A DNA stretch of 64,000 nucleotides, taken from contig JBGQGB010000005.1 of NCBI GenBank assembly GCA_041497195.1, positions 9,243 to 73,242 of the forward strand. The letters are read 5' to 3'. Source of the DNA: Candidatus Doudnabacteria bacterium (lineage in GTDB: Bacteria > Patescibacteriota > Doudnabacteria > UBA920 > 2-01-FULL-46-14). Both the position numbers and the translations under genes were made by a program. The notes under the pieces are model-generated. The model saw only the letters and a program-made list of their open reading frames with translations, searched no databases and had not been told where the DNA came from. Positions within the stretch are counted from its first letter, which is position 1. The number at the start of each line of letters is the position of its first letter. This document shows positions 28,407 through 36,720 of this stretch, piece by piece.

Positions 28407-30620
28407 TTAATTTTTCGTGCTATAAACCGCGGCTTGTTCGAGTTTGAGAGACAGCAATTTGCTGATACCGTCTTCGCCCATGGTAATGCCGTAAAGCGTA
28501 TGCGATTGACGCATGGTTTCCCGGTTGTGGGTGATGGTGATGAACTGCGTCCGGTGGGCCAGGGTGCCCAAAATTTTCCCGAACCGAATAGAGTTGGCCT
28601 CATCCAAAGCCGCGTCGACCTCATCCAGCACCACGAACGGCGAAGGATAAGTCGCCAAAATCGCACAAAGCAGGGCAATGGAGGTCAACGCCCGCTCTCC
28701 CCCGGAAAGTGCCGATATACCGGCCAACTTTTTTCCAGGGGGAGTGGCTTTGATCTCAATTCCCACGATCTCCGTCTTGCCGGTGGTTGATGGAAATTCT
28801 TTGAGTTCCTTTTTTTCCGATTCAACATCTTCGGCGTCACTCTCCTCAAACTCAGTCCGGGGACGTTCCCGCAAAATGCTCATAGTCGCGCGGCCTCCGT
28901 TGAACAAAATCCGAAAATACTCCGCGAACTTTTCGGAAATTTTGGTAAAGGCCTCATGAAACTCTTTTTTGATGACTTCGTCCAGCTCGGCAATGGCTGT
29001 CTTGAGATCCTTTATCCCTTTGTCCAAATCCGCTGATTGAGTCGTCAGGTATTGATAACGCTCGTCTGTCTCCTTGTATTCCTGAATGACCAAATCATCG
29101 ACCCCTCCGATCATCTGCAGCTGTTTTTTGAGACTGGCAATTTTTTCCGTCAGACCGGCGGGCATGGAGCCGCCGGGAACCTGGGTCACGAGTTCCTGAA
29201 ATTTGTGTCCCAGTTCCGCCCGCCCTTCTTGTTCGTATGCTTCTTTTCGGGTCACCAGCTTGGCCTGCTCGACCGCTAACAAATTTTTTTGCTCCGAGGT
29301 TTTGACCAAAGTTTCCTGTTTATTTCGCAGCAGTCGGTCTTTGACGAAAATCTGTTGTTTTTTTTGCTCCTCTTGTTGGACAAATTTGGCCAAATCAGTT
29401 TCCAAGGCTTGGATTTTGGCAAAAAGCTGCTGCAGCCCCTCGTTCAAGCGCTTTTCTTGAATTTCTAGATCTTGTAAAGTCCGGGGCTTGTTCCGGTCGT
29501 TGCCGCCTTCATCGGCTTCAATCAAACCGGCCACTTCGGTAAAAAGTTTCTCCACTGTTTTGGCGTCCTCCAGATTGAAATTTTTCAGTAAACCTAAAAA
29601 TTTCTGGTAGGCGCTGCGAAACTTGACCCTGATAACAGACCAGTCAGGATGCACGTCTATGCTAGGATGCAGCGCTTCCGCTTTCATCTGGCCTTTGATT
29701 GTGGCCAATTGCTCTTGGAGATCTAGTTTTTGCTTATGCCAGGCCTCCAGATCGGCTTTTAGTTTTTTTTGTTCACTGGCAGCGCTCCCTTTGGTTTCCA
29801 GCTCGTGTTGCTCAATGGAACTGGTCAGCTCTCTGATTTCTGTGCTCAAATCTTGTGTTTGTTTATCAAAAACGTTAAATTTGCCAGAGATCTCTTGGAT
29901 CTGCTGAGCAAGACCGCGCAAAATCTGCGCATAGTGCAAAGCCTGGGCGTTTCGGAGCTCTTGCTCCAATCCCTCGCGCTCCGCCAGCCGCTTGGTCTGC
30001 CGCCTGAGCGAACGCAGCCGCGGCTCGATCTCGGAAATGAGCGCTCTGACCTGTACCACGTTGCTCTCGGTTCGTTCCAGACGCCTGAGCGTCCGTTCAC
30101 GCTTGTGGTAATAGGGTTTGACCCCTGAGGCTTCTTCCAGAAGTTCTTTGATGGCGGCCGGCCCGCCTGCCACGAGCTGATCGATAGTCCCCTGACCGAT
30201 GACATGATAAGAGGTATTACCAAAATCAGATTTGGCCAAAATCTCCTGAATATCCAACAGCCGGACTTGATTGTGGTTGATGAGATATTCCGAGTTCCCG
30301 TCGCGAAATAACCGTCTGGTGATGACCACTTCGGCGTAGTCAATCGGGATTTGGTGATCAGTATTGTCAAAGCTCACGGAGACCTCGGCGCCGCCCAGGC
30401 GCGCCTTCTGGTCACTGCCGGCGAAAATTACGTCTTCGGATTTTTTTCCGCGCAGGAGCTTCATCGACTGTTCGCCAAAAACCCAGCGCAAACTGTCCGC
30501 GATATTTGATTTGCCCGAACCGTTCGGACCGACCACGGAAATGATCCCTGGCTCAAATTCGAGAACGGTTTTTTTGGCAAAACTTTTAAAGCCGTGAATT
30601 TCTACTCTTTTGAGATACAT
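28407..30620 (-). CDS. smc: SMC-family chromosome segregation ATPase, unusually short (737 aa) with no recognisable globular hinge
   Basis: Walker A VVGPNGSGKSN, Q-loop, C-terminal signature LSGGERALTSIALL and Walker B VVLDEVDAALD; rnc-smc synteny. Confidence 0.75.
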   Translation of the reverse strand: MYLKRVEIHGFKSFAKKTVLEFEPGIISVVGPNGSGKSNIADSLRWVFGEQSMKLLRGKKSEDVIFAGSDQKARLGGAEVSVSFDNTDHQIPIDYAEVVITRRLFRDGNSEYLINHNQVRLLDIQEILAKSDFGNTSYHVIGQGTIDQLVAGGPAAIKELLEEASGVKPYYHKRERTLRRLERTESNVVQVRALISEIEPRLRSLRRQTKRLAEREGLEQELRNAQALHYAQILRGLAQQIQEISGKFNVFDKQTQDLSTEIRELTSSIEQHELETKGSAASEQKKLKADLEAWHKQKLDLQEQLATIKGQMKAEALHPSIDVHPDWSVIRVKFRSAYQKFLGLLKNFNLEDAKTVEKLFTEVAGLIEADEGGNDRNKPRTLQDLEIQEKRLNEGLQQLFAKIQALETDLAKFVQQEEQKKQQIFVKDRLLRNKQETLVKTSEQKNLLAVEQAKLVTRKEAYEQEGRAELGHKFQELVTQVPGGSMPAGLTEKIASLKKQLQMIGGVDDLVIQEYKETDERYQYLTTQSADLDKGIKDLKTAIAELDEVIKKEFHEAFTKISEKFAEYFRILFNGGRATMSILRERPRTEFEESDAEDVESEKKELKEFPSTTGKTEIVGIEIKATPPGKKLAGISALSGGERALTSIALLCAILATYPSPFVVLDEVDAALDEANSIRFGKILGTLAHRTQFITITHNRETMRQSHTLYGITMGEDGISKLLSLKLEQAAVYSTKN

Positions 30621-30688
30621 CAGTTAGCTTTTTAGCTGACAGAAAAAAATACTGGGAGCCGAAAAATCTATTTGGGCCAAAACTGGTA

Positions 30689-31372
30689 TTAAAAATCTTG
30701 CTTTTGCATAGCGTCGGCAGCCGCACCGACTTCGGCTTCCTGCTTGGATGGGCCAGACCCCTCGCCGATGAGGCGGTCATCAATATATACCCCGACAATA
30801 AAAGTCTTGGCGTGGTCAGGTCCAGCTTCGGACAAAACCCGATAACTCGGGGTGATGGCCATCTTATCCTGAATGATTTCCTGCAACTGGGATTTGGGGT
30901 CAAGGAACGTCTGCTCCTTCAAAATCTGGGGCAACCGACTGAGGACAAATTGCTCAATAAAAATGCTGGTTGCTGGCATATCTTGATCGAGATAAATCGC
31001 CCCGATCAGTGCCTCCAGAGCGTTAGCCAGGATGACCTGGCGAGCTCGTCCGGTATCTTTAGCCTCGCCCCGAGAGAGCAAAATATAATCTTCGATCCCG
31101 ACATCGCGCGCAATCTCGGCCAGCAATCGATAGTTCACCAAGGAAGAACGCAGGTTCGTGAGCTCCCCTTCCGGGTTTTCAAAATTGCGATAGAGATATT
31201 CGGTGGTGATGAGTTCCAGTACCGCGTCGCCCAAAAACTCTAACCGCTCGTTGTGAGGCAAATGGTAGGACCGGTTTTCGTTGAGATAAGACCGGTGCGT
31301 CAGCGCCGTCTGCAGTAAATCTGAATTTTTGAATTTGATGTTTATTTTCGTCTCGAGTTTGGAGAGATCCAT
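30689..31372 (-). CDS. rnc: ribonuclease III
   Basis: ERLEFLGDAVL catalytic signature plus C-terminal dsRBD. Confidence 0.9.
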   Translation of the reverse strand: MDLSKLETKINIKFKNSDLLQTALTHRSYLNENRSYHLPHNERLEFLGDAVLELITTEYLYRNFENPEGELTNLRSSLVNYRLLAEIARDVGIEDYILLSRGEAKDTGRARQVILANALEALIGAIYLDQDMPATSIFIEQFVLSRLPQILKEQTFLDPKSQLQEIIQDKMAITPSYRVLSEAGPDHAKTFIVGVYIDDRLIGEGSGPSKQEAEVGAAADAMQKQDF

Positions 31373-31467
31373 TCGTAGATTTGATCAAAAGGCAAGAGTC
31401 AAACTGCAAAAATAATTTGCACTAGGACTTTTAACTTTTGACGATTGGGTTAAGTTTAAAAACTGCT

Positions 31468-31543
31468 GGTGGGCGGTGCAGGACTTGAACCTGCGACCCC
31501 ATTCACGTCAAGAATGTGCTCTACCAACTGAGCTAACCGCCCA
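31468..31543 (-). tRNA. tRNA-Val (anticodon GAC)
   Basis: Hand-folded cloverleaf: acceptor GGGCGGT/ACCGCCC, D-arm GCTCAGTTGGTAGAGC, anticodon loop TTGACGT, T-arm GCAGGTTCAAGTCCTGC, CCA 3' end. Confidence 0.8.
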
Positions 31544-31578
31544 TGTATTCCTGTCCCGTAGTCTGACAAAATAAATTT

Positions 31579-32550
31579 TTAACCTACTGGCTCGGCGGCC
31601 AAAACCTTTTCTTCCTCATTCAATTTGCCGGTTTTGACCATATGCATCACCGCCAAAACCCAAGCGATATTTTGAAAAACCGCAAAAGCAGCGCCGAGCA
31701 GAACAGTATAGGCAACGCTCAACGCGGCCGCTACAATCAAAAGCGCATAAACCCCGGCCACAAAACCCAATTTTATCAACAAAATCGCCAGTATGAAAAT
31801 GGGGATGCTGAGAAGAATTATACTAAAAACTAGAAGAAAGATGAACAATATGCTCAAACCCGCCAGAAAAGCCGCCAAAAGGACGCTTTCTTTGAGTTTT
31901 TGCCAAATCAAATTGAAAGCGTGCTGGATGGCGTCGCCGATGCGGGCGTGATACAAAACGATAAATATTGGCCCATAGATATGAATAAAACTAAAAATCA
32001 AAATGGCCGGCAAAAAAATGACCGCGCCGATAATGGTCAGAATCAGGGCCTTGCCCACGGCCCCAGCCGCGAACATGTAGATAATTGGCACTCCGAAAAT
32101 TGAGAGCAATAGAAAAAAAATAAGGGTGGTAAAAACTTGGAGTCCAATAATCTGCCAGGCATATTTCCGTCCTTGCCGGAAAGCCTGCCGAAACCCCACT
32201 GGTTCGGTAGTGATTTTTCCTTCAGCTTCTTCGGACAATTTCGGGATGGCCCAAACCACAGCCCCCCGCGACAATCCGGACAAAAAAATCAGGCCAACCA
32301 GAACGAGGAGAGCCACACCCACTAACAATGAAAAAATCTGGGGGTGCGAGGCAATCCAAGTAGTCCAGGCCTGAAAAAGTAATTTTGGATTTGGTATCGT
32401 TTGGGGTTTGACCGGAATGAGGTAATTGATGCCGCCGAAATTCAAACCCGTGGTGCCGCCAACGAAAAGTCCGAAAACCCACAGCCAACGATTTTTCAAA
32501 GTCAGCTCGTAAGCTTTTTTAACGATATCGAGATAAGGAAAAGGGGGCAT
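31579..32550 (-). CDS. hypothetical polytopic membrane protein (about 8 TM)
   Basis: Hydrophobicity only. Confidence 0.45.
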   Translation of the reverse strand: MPPFPYLDIVKKAYELTLKNRWLWVFGLFVGGTTGLNFGGINYLIPVKPQTIPNPKLLFQAWTTWIASHPQIFSLLVGVALLVLVGLIFLSGLSRGAVVWAIPKLSEEAEGKITTEPVGFRQAFRQGRKYAWQIIGLQVFTTLIFFLLLSIFGVPIIYMFAAGAVGKALILTIIGAVIFLPAILIFSFIHIYGPIFIVLYHARIGDAIQHAFNLIWQKLKESVLLAAFLAGLSILFIFLLVFSIILLSIPIFILAILLIKLGFVAGVYALLIVAAALSVAYTVLLGAAFAVFQNIAWVLAVMHMVKTGKLNEEEKVLAAEPVG

Positions 32551-32556
32551 CGTAAT

Positions 32557-34428
32557 TTAAGCTGCGGCCTTGGCTGGGGTTTTGCTTTGGGCTTTTTTTT
32601 CTGGTGGTAAAATATCAGCGACTATTTGATTAAACTCGGCCTGTTCGATGGTTTCATTTTTAACCAAACGAGCCGCAATCTCATTCAGTTTGGAGCGGTA
32701 TTTTTTGCAAATCTCGAGCGCTGTTTTGTAAGCGGCGCCGAGAAACCTGGAAATTTCTTCATCAATTTTAGTGGCGATTTTTTCCGAATAATTCCGCTGC
32801 TCCCCGATTTCTTTTCCCAAAAACACCAGTTCGTGCCGATCGCCGAAAGTGATCGGCCCTAATTTCTCACTCATGCCGTAGAGCATCACCAGCTTGCGCG
32901 CTAGGTTCGTAGCTGCTTGCAAATCATTAGAAGCACCCGTGGTCAACTGGCCAAAAACTAGCTGTTCGGCCGCATACCCGCCCATGGCCACGGCCAGTTC
33001 GGCGAGAAATTGACTCTTGGTCTGCAAATGCCGGTCTTCGGTGGGCAATTTGAGGGTATAGCCGGCGGCGCGGCCGCGGGAAATCACCGAAACCTTGTGG
33101 ACTGGGTCTGCTTCGGGAAGCGCTGTGGTAACCAAAGCGTGACCTGCCTCGTGATACGCGGCAATTTCTTTTTCGGTTTTCGACAAGATGTGGCTCTTGC
33201 GTTCCGGACCGAGCATAACTTTTTCAATGGCTTCGAAAAACTCCTCCTGGTCAACCTGCTTTTTATTCCGCCGCGCGGCCAAAATCGCTGCTTCATTCAC
33301 CAGGTTCGCCAGATCCGCGCCGGAAAATCCGGGCGTGCGTTCCGCCACGAGCCGCAAGTGCACACTCCGGCCTAAGGGCTTGTTGCGGGCGTGGACTTCC
33401 AAAATCGCTTCGCGATCCTTGATGTCTGGCTGGTCGATGACCACTTGCCGGTCAAACCGGCCGGGTCGCAGCAAGGCCGGATCCAAAACATCTGGCCGGT
33501 TGGTGGCGGCGATGACGATAACGCTCGTATCAGTGTCAAATCCGTCCATTTCCACCAGGATTTGGTTGAGGGTTTGTTCCCGCTCGTCGTGAGAGCCGCC
33601 CAAACCAGCCCCCCGCTGTCGCCCGACTGCGTCAATCTCATCGATAAAAACGATGCAAGGAGAGTTCTTTTTGGCCCGCCGAAACAAATCCCGAGTCCGC
33701 GAGGCGCCGACGCCGACAAACATTTCCACAAATTCCGAACCGGACATGTGAAAAAACGGAACATTGGCTTCCCCAGCCACGGCTCGGGCCAGTAGAGTTT
33801 TGCCGGTACCGGGCGGACCCAAAAGCAAAACCCCTTTGGGAATCCGCGCGCCAATGTTCAAAAACTTCTGCGGATAGCGCAAAAACTCGATAATTTCCCG
33901 CAGTTCCTCTTTGGCTTCCTGCACCCCGGCGACGTCATTGAACGTGACCTTTTGCCGCGGCGTGTTGGTATCAGACAAGCGCGCCTGGGACTGCCCGAAA
34001 GACATGGCTCGGTTGTTTGCGCCGGCGACTTGGCGCATCAAAAAATAAATAAATCCGGCTATGAGTAGGAAAGGAATCAGAAACGGGAGAATCGTGGACA
34101 CAAAAATGGTAGCACCGGAGGGGCCTTTGATTTCAATATTCAAATTGCGCACGGCGGCCGCGGGCACGCCGAGATTGGTCAAACTCTGGGAAAAAGACGA
34201 CTCTGGTTCTTTGGTGGCTTCTTCCTGGGTTCCGTCTTTAAGAATAACGGTAAGTTTATTGTCTGTAATCTGGATTTTGTCGACTTGGCCAGCGGTGACC
34301 TGTTCGGCGACCTTGCTCAAAGGAACTTGGGCGGCAGTGGTGTTGCTGCCCAGGGTCAAACTAAAAATTCCCGCAATGATGAGAAAAATAACCGAAGCTA
34401 CTACTAAATTTTTGACGAATTTTTTCAT
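32557..34428 (-). CDS. ftsH: ATP-dependent zinc metalloprotease FtsH
   Basis: AAA Walker [17 protein letters not shown] zinc motif. Confidence 0.9.
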   Translation of the reverse strand: MKKFVKNLVVASVIFLIIAGIFSLTLGSNTTAAQVPLSKVAEQVTAGQVDKIQITDNKLTVILKDGTQEEATKEPESSFSQSLTNLGVPAAAVRNLNIEIKGPSGATIFVSTILPFLIPFLLIAGFIYFLMRQVAGANNRAMSFGQSQARLSDTNTPRQKVTFNDVAGVQEAKEELREIIEFLRYPQKFLNIGARIPKGVLLLGPPGTGKTLLARAVAGEANVPFFHMSGSEFVEMFVGVGASRTRDLFRRAKKNSPCIVFIDEIDAVGRQRGAGLGGSHDEREQTLNQILVEMDGFDTDTSVIVIAATNRPDVLDPALLRPGRFDRQVVIDQPDIKDREAILEVHARNKPLGRSVHLRLVAERTPGFSGADLANLVNEAAILAARRNKKQVDQEEFFEAIEKVMLGPERKSHILSKTEKEIAAYHEAGHALVTTALPEADPVHKVSVISRGRAAGYTLKLPTEDRHLQTKSQFLAELAVAMGGYAAEQLVFGQLTTGASNDLQAATNLARKLVMLYGMSEKLGPITFGDRHELVFLGKEIGEQRNYSEKIATKIDEEISRFLGAAYKTALEICKKYRSKLNEIAARLVKNETIEQAEFNQIVADILPPEKKAQSKTPAKAAA

Positions 34429-34437
34429 AATATAGAA

Positions 34438-34466
34438 ATTATATCCTCAAAAACGTTCGCTCGCAA
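34438..34466 (-). promoter_or_regulatory. sigma70 promoter TTGCGA-17-TATAAT, 9 nt upstream of the ftsH ATG (leaderless)
   Basis: Read on the minus strand. Confidence 0.45.
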
Positions 34467-34581
34467 GGGACAAAGGGGCCCCGGAAAATCTTTTGATTTT
34501 TGGGGAGAGGGGGCATTCATTTGAAAACCGTAGCCGAACGGCTCTGCGCCCTTGGCGAAGGTAGAAACATGAATTGACCCA

Positions 34582-34668
34582 TGGTGCCCCCGGCAGGACT
34601 TGCACCCGCACGACCTTTCGGTCACAAGGTCCTAAACCTTGTGTGTCTGCTAATTCCACCACGGGGGC
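34582..34668 (-). tRNA. tRNA-Leu (anticodon TAG) with long variable arm; T-loop reads TGCAAGT (G at position 55)
   Basis: Hand fold: acceptor GCCCCCG/CGGGGGC, anticodon stem CAAGG/CCTTG with loop TTTAGGA, variable arm GACCGAAAGGTC, CCA end. Confidence 0.7.
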
Positions 34669-34781
34669 GCTTCAGCCCTCGAATTATACCGAAAAACTTC
34701 AGGATTGACAAGGCATTGAAAATCTGGTATTGTTTCCACTCAACCAAAAGGGGGAAAAAATTCTACTAAGGAGCGAAGAAT

Positions 34782-35189
34782 ATGAGAGAACGCCTTGCAA
34801 GATTTTGGCTATCGCTGCGCAAGTGGCTCAGTGAAAGGGGAAAAACCAACCAATCAGGCTGGTACAGAAAATTCGTAATGATGTTCGTGGCCACTACCAG
34901 AAGCCAACTCCAAAGCATGTTCGACTTTGTCGGCGACATTCTCTACTGGGTGCCAGTCGCAGTAGCTGCGGTTTTGGCGGCAATCTCAGTAGTGTTTGCC
35001 ATATTGCAGAAGGAGTTCCCGATTACCGCTTACATTTGGCCAACAGCTTTAGTTCTCGCTTTTTCACTCCTCTTCTGCCGACTTGTGCTACTTAGACGAT
35101 CAGGACTGGCTGTTCTCTTCTGGGGAACAATCAATCCGCTCACAATCATCTGGGTCGCTGGCTGGGCAGTCTGGATCTCGCGCTCTTAG
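34782..35189 (+). CDS. hypothetical 3-TM membrane protein, first gene of the tRNA-Leu-adjacent plus-strand island
   Basis: AAGGAG RBS; followed by an intrinsic terminator. Confidence 0.45.
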   Translation: MRERLARFWLSLRKWLSERGKTNQSGWYRKFVMMFVATTRSQLQSMFDFVGDILYWVPVAVAAVLAAISVVFAILQKEFPITAYIWPTALVLAFSLLFCRLVLLRRSGLAVLFWGTINPLTIIWVAGWAVWISRS

Positions 35190-35209
35190 CGTTTGAACTA
35201 AAACAACCC

Positions 35210-35246
35210 AAAAGGGGGGCTTTCGAGCTCTCCTTTTGTTTTTGTC
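35210..35246 (+). terminator. intrinsic terminator (G-rich/CU-rich stem plus TTTTGTTTTT)
   Basis: Seen in sequence. Confidence 0.45.
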
Positions 35247-35252
35247 TAATTA

Positions 35253-35281
35253 TTGACAAAATGCCCAAAATTTGCTATTAT
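35253..35281 (+). promoter_or_regulatory. consensus sigma70 promoter TTGACA-17-TATTAT followed by a roughly 220-nt 5' UTR ahead of the cold-shock-domain gene
   Basis: Seen in sequence. Confidence 0.55.
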
Positions 35282-35499
35282 GCACTGTCAAAAAACAATT
35301 AAATCAAATGGATTTTTAAGCCTAGGGAACAGGTCTCAAAGGCGAAGAATTTTGCTACTTGTTCTTTGGGCTTACGGTTCGATCCCGTAACTCAAGATCT
35401 TTACCATCCAAGGATTTCAATTTCGCTTCGCTCGTTTTGCGTTTCTTCCGATTTCAGCAAAATCGGTGGCGCCGCTTGCGTGTGGAGCAGGAGGAAAAT

Positions 35500-36099
35500 A
35501 TGAAGGGAAAGATAACAAAATTCCTGACTAACAAAGGCTTCGGTTTTATCGAGCCAGAGGACGGTCAGGGAGATGTTTTCATGCCGCCGAGGTCTTGGGT
35601 CGCGGGATACAACCCGAAGCCTAACGACGAGGTGGAATACGAGCTGGACACTGCGCGGAAGGGTAAATCCCGTGCCGCGAAGAATGTCCGACTCGCAAGC
35701 TCATCAGCCACTTCCTATTCTCCCGCGCCTTCAGAAGCAAAGGGGGGAAAGGAAGAACTCAAAAAAGCCACTCCCACTTCCACGCAAGCTCCAGTCCGAC
35801 AGATTGCGGCTGACCCAGATCTCGACCCGGACAGCAAGGGACGATTCAGGGTCAGTATTTGCACCAGGGATAAGGCAGGCAAACCACATGAGATGAACTT
35901 TCGCGCCATCGTTCTTCAAGGAGAAAAAGTAAAATTCTTCAAGAAGAACGGGGCAGGGTTCACCGAAGTGGGCAACCTCGATTTGCGTACTGGGTCATCT
36001 GGCCGCCTCGAGCTATATCTAAAGTTCGCAGGCGAACAGGCCACAGTCAAGTTTGAGCTCGACAACGCACAATGCATTGTATCCGATTTTACGAAATAG
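35500..36099 (+). CDS. cold-shock domain (CspA-like) protein fused to a roughly 130-aa C-terminal domain of unknown function
   Basis: N-terminus MKGKITKFLTNKGFGFIEPEDGQGDVFMP has the RNP1-like KGFGFI motif; GGAGG RBS; start trimmed from 35359. Confidence 0.7.
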   Translation: MKGKITKFLTNKGFGFIEPEDGQGDVFMPPRSWVAGYNPKPNDEVEYELDTARKGKSRAAKNVRLASSSATSYSPAPSEAKGGKEELKKATPTSTQAPVRQIAADPDLDPDSKGRFRVSICTRDKAGKPHEMNFRAIVLQGEKVKFFKKNGAGFTEVGNLDLRTGSSGRLELYLKFAGEQATVKFELDNAQCIVSDFTK

Positions 36100-36108
36100 G
36101 AGGAAACT

Positions 36109-36699
36109 ATGTCAGACAAGAGCTTGGCAGAAGCATTACTGGGAGACGTCGCCACCGCGGCACTGCTCTCCTTTTTTCTCTCTCTGCGCGAGGGCAAGAT
36201 GCGGATAGACCCGGAAAAACTTCGGAAAGAAGCGCCTCACGCAGTCAAGACAGCCGAACATGAGGCAACCTACGCGGGGGTCATCGCAGAGCTACCTGAC
36301 GCCCTCAAGAAAAGGCTCCTGGAAAGATGGATGCCAAGTCTGGGGCGCAACCAACACGCAGACCTTGTTCTGTCAGTCAAAGACATGGCTGGCAAGGACG
36401 AGCGGAAAAAGGCAATAGAGCTACTCACCTACATCGCTCACCGTCCGACCAACAAGGACAAAACCAAGGCCGCGGTTCATATCAAGTTCATGAAGCTCCA
36501 CGAGAAAGACTACAAAATAGTACAGCTTCTAAACGCGGCACAAAAACTCCGTGATGAAGGTGAGAAGGTCTACGATTGGCTGAAAGAAAAACTCACGGAA
36601 CTGGACAAGTGGCTAAAGATTTTACCAACAGGAACAACCATTCGCACGAACGCTCAAGGATTTCGAGCGCGCGCGGCTGCAGCACGGGCACGCCTCTAA
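36109..36699 (+). CDS. hypothetical soluble protein (196 aa), Lys/Glu-rich helical
   Basis: GGAGG RBS, operonic spacing. Confidence 0.45.
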   Translation: MSDKSLAEALLGDVATAALLSFFLSLREGKMRIDPEKLRKEAPHAVKTAEHEATYAGVIAELPDALKKRLLERWMPSLGRNQHADLVLSVKDMAGKDERKKAIELLTYIAHRPTNKDKTKAAVHIKFMKLHEKDYKIVQLLNAAQKLRDEGEKVYDWLKEKLTELDKWLKILPTGTTIRTNAQGFRARAAAARARL

Positions 36700-36720
36700 G
36701 GCTGCGAAAGGAGAATAAAA

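Noticed and set aside
34425-34662. ORFs 34425..34625 and 34447..34662 (minus)
   Set aside because: They overlap tRNA-Leu and the ftsH promoter region, and the translations are low-complexity
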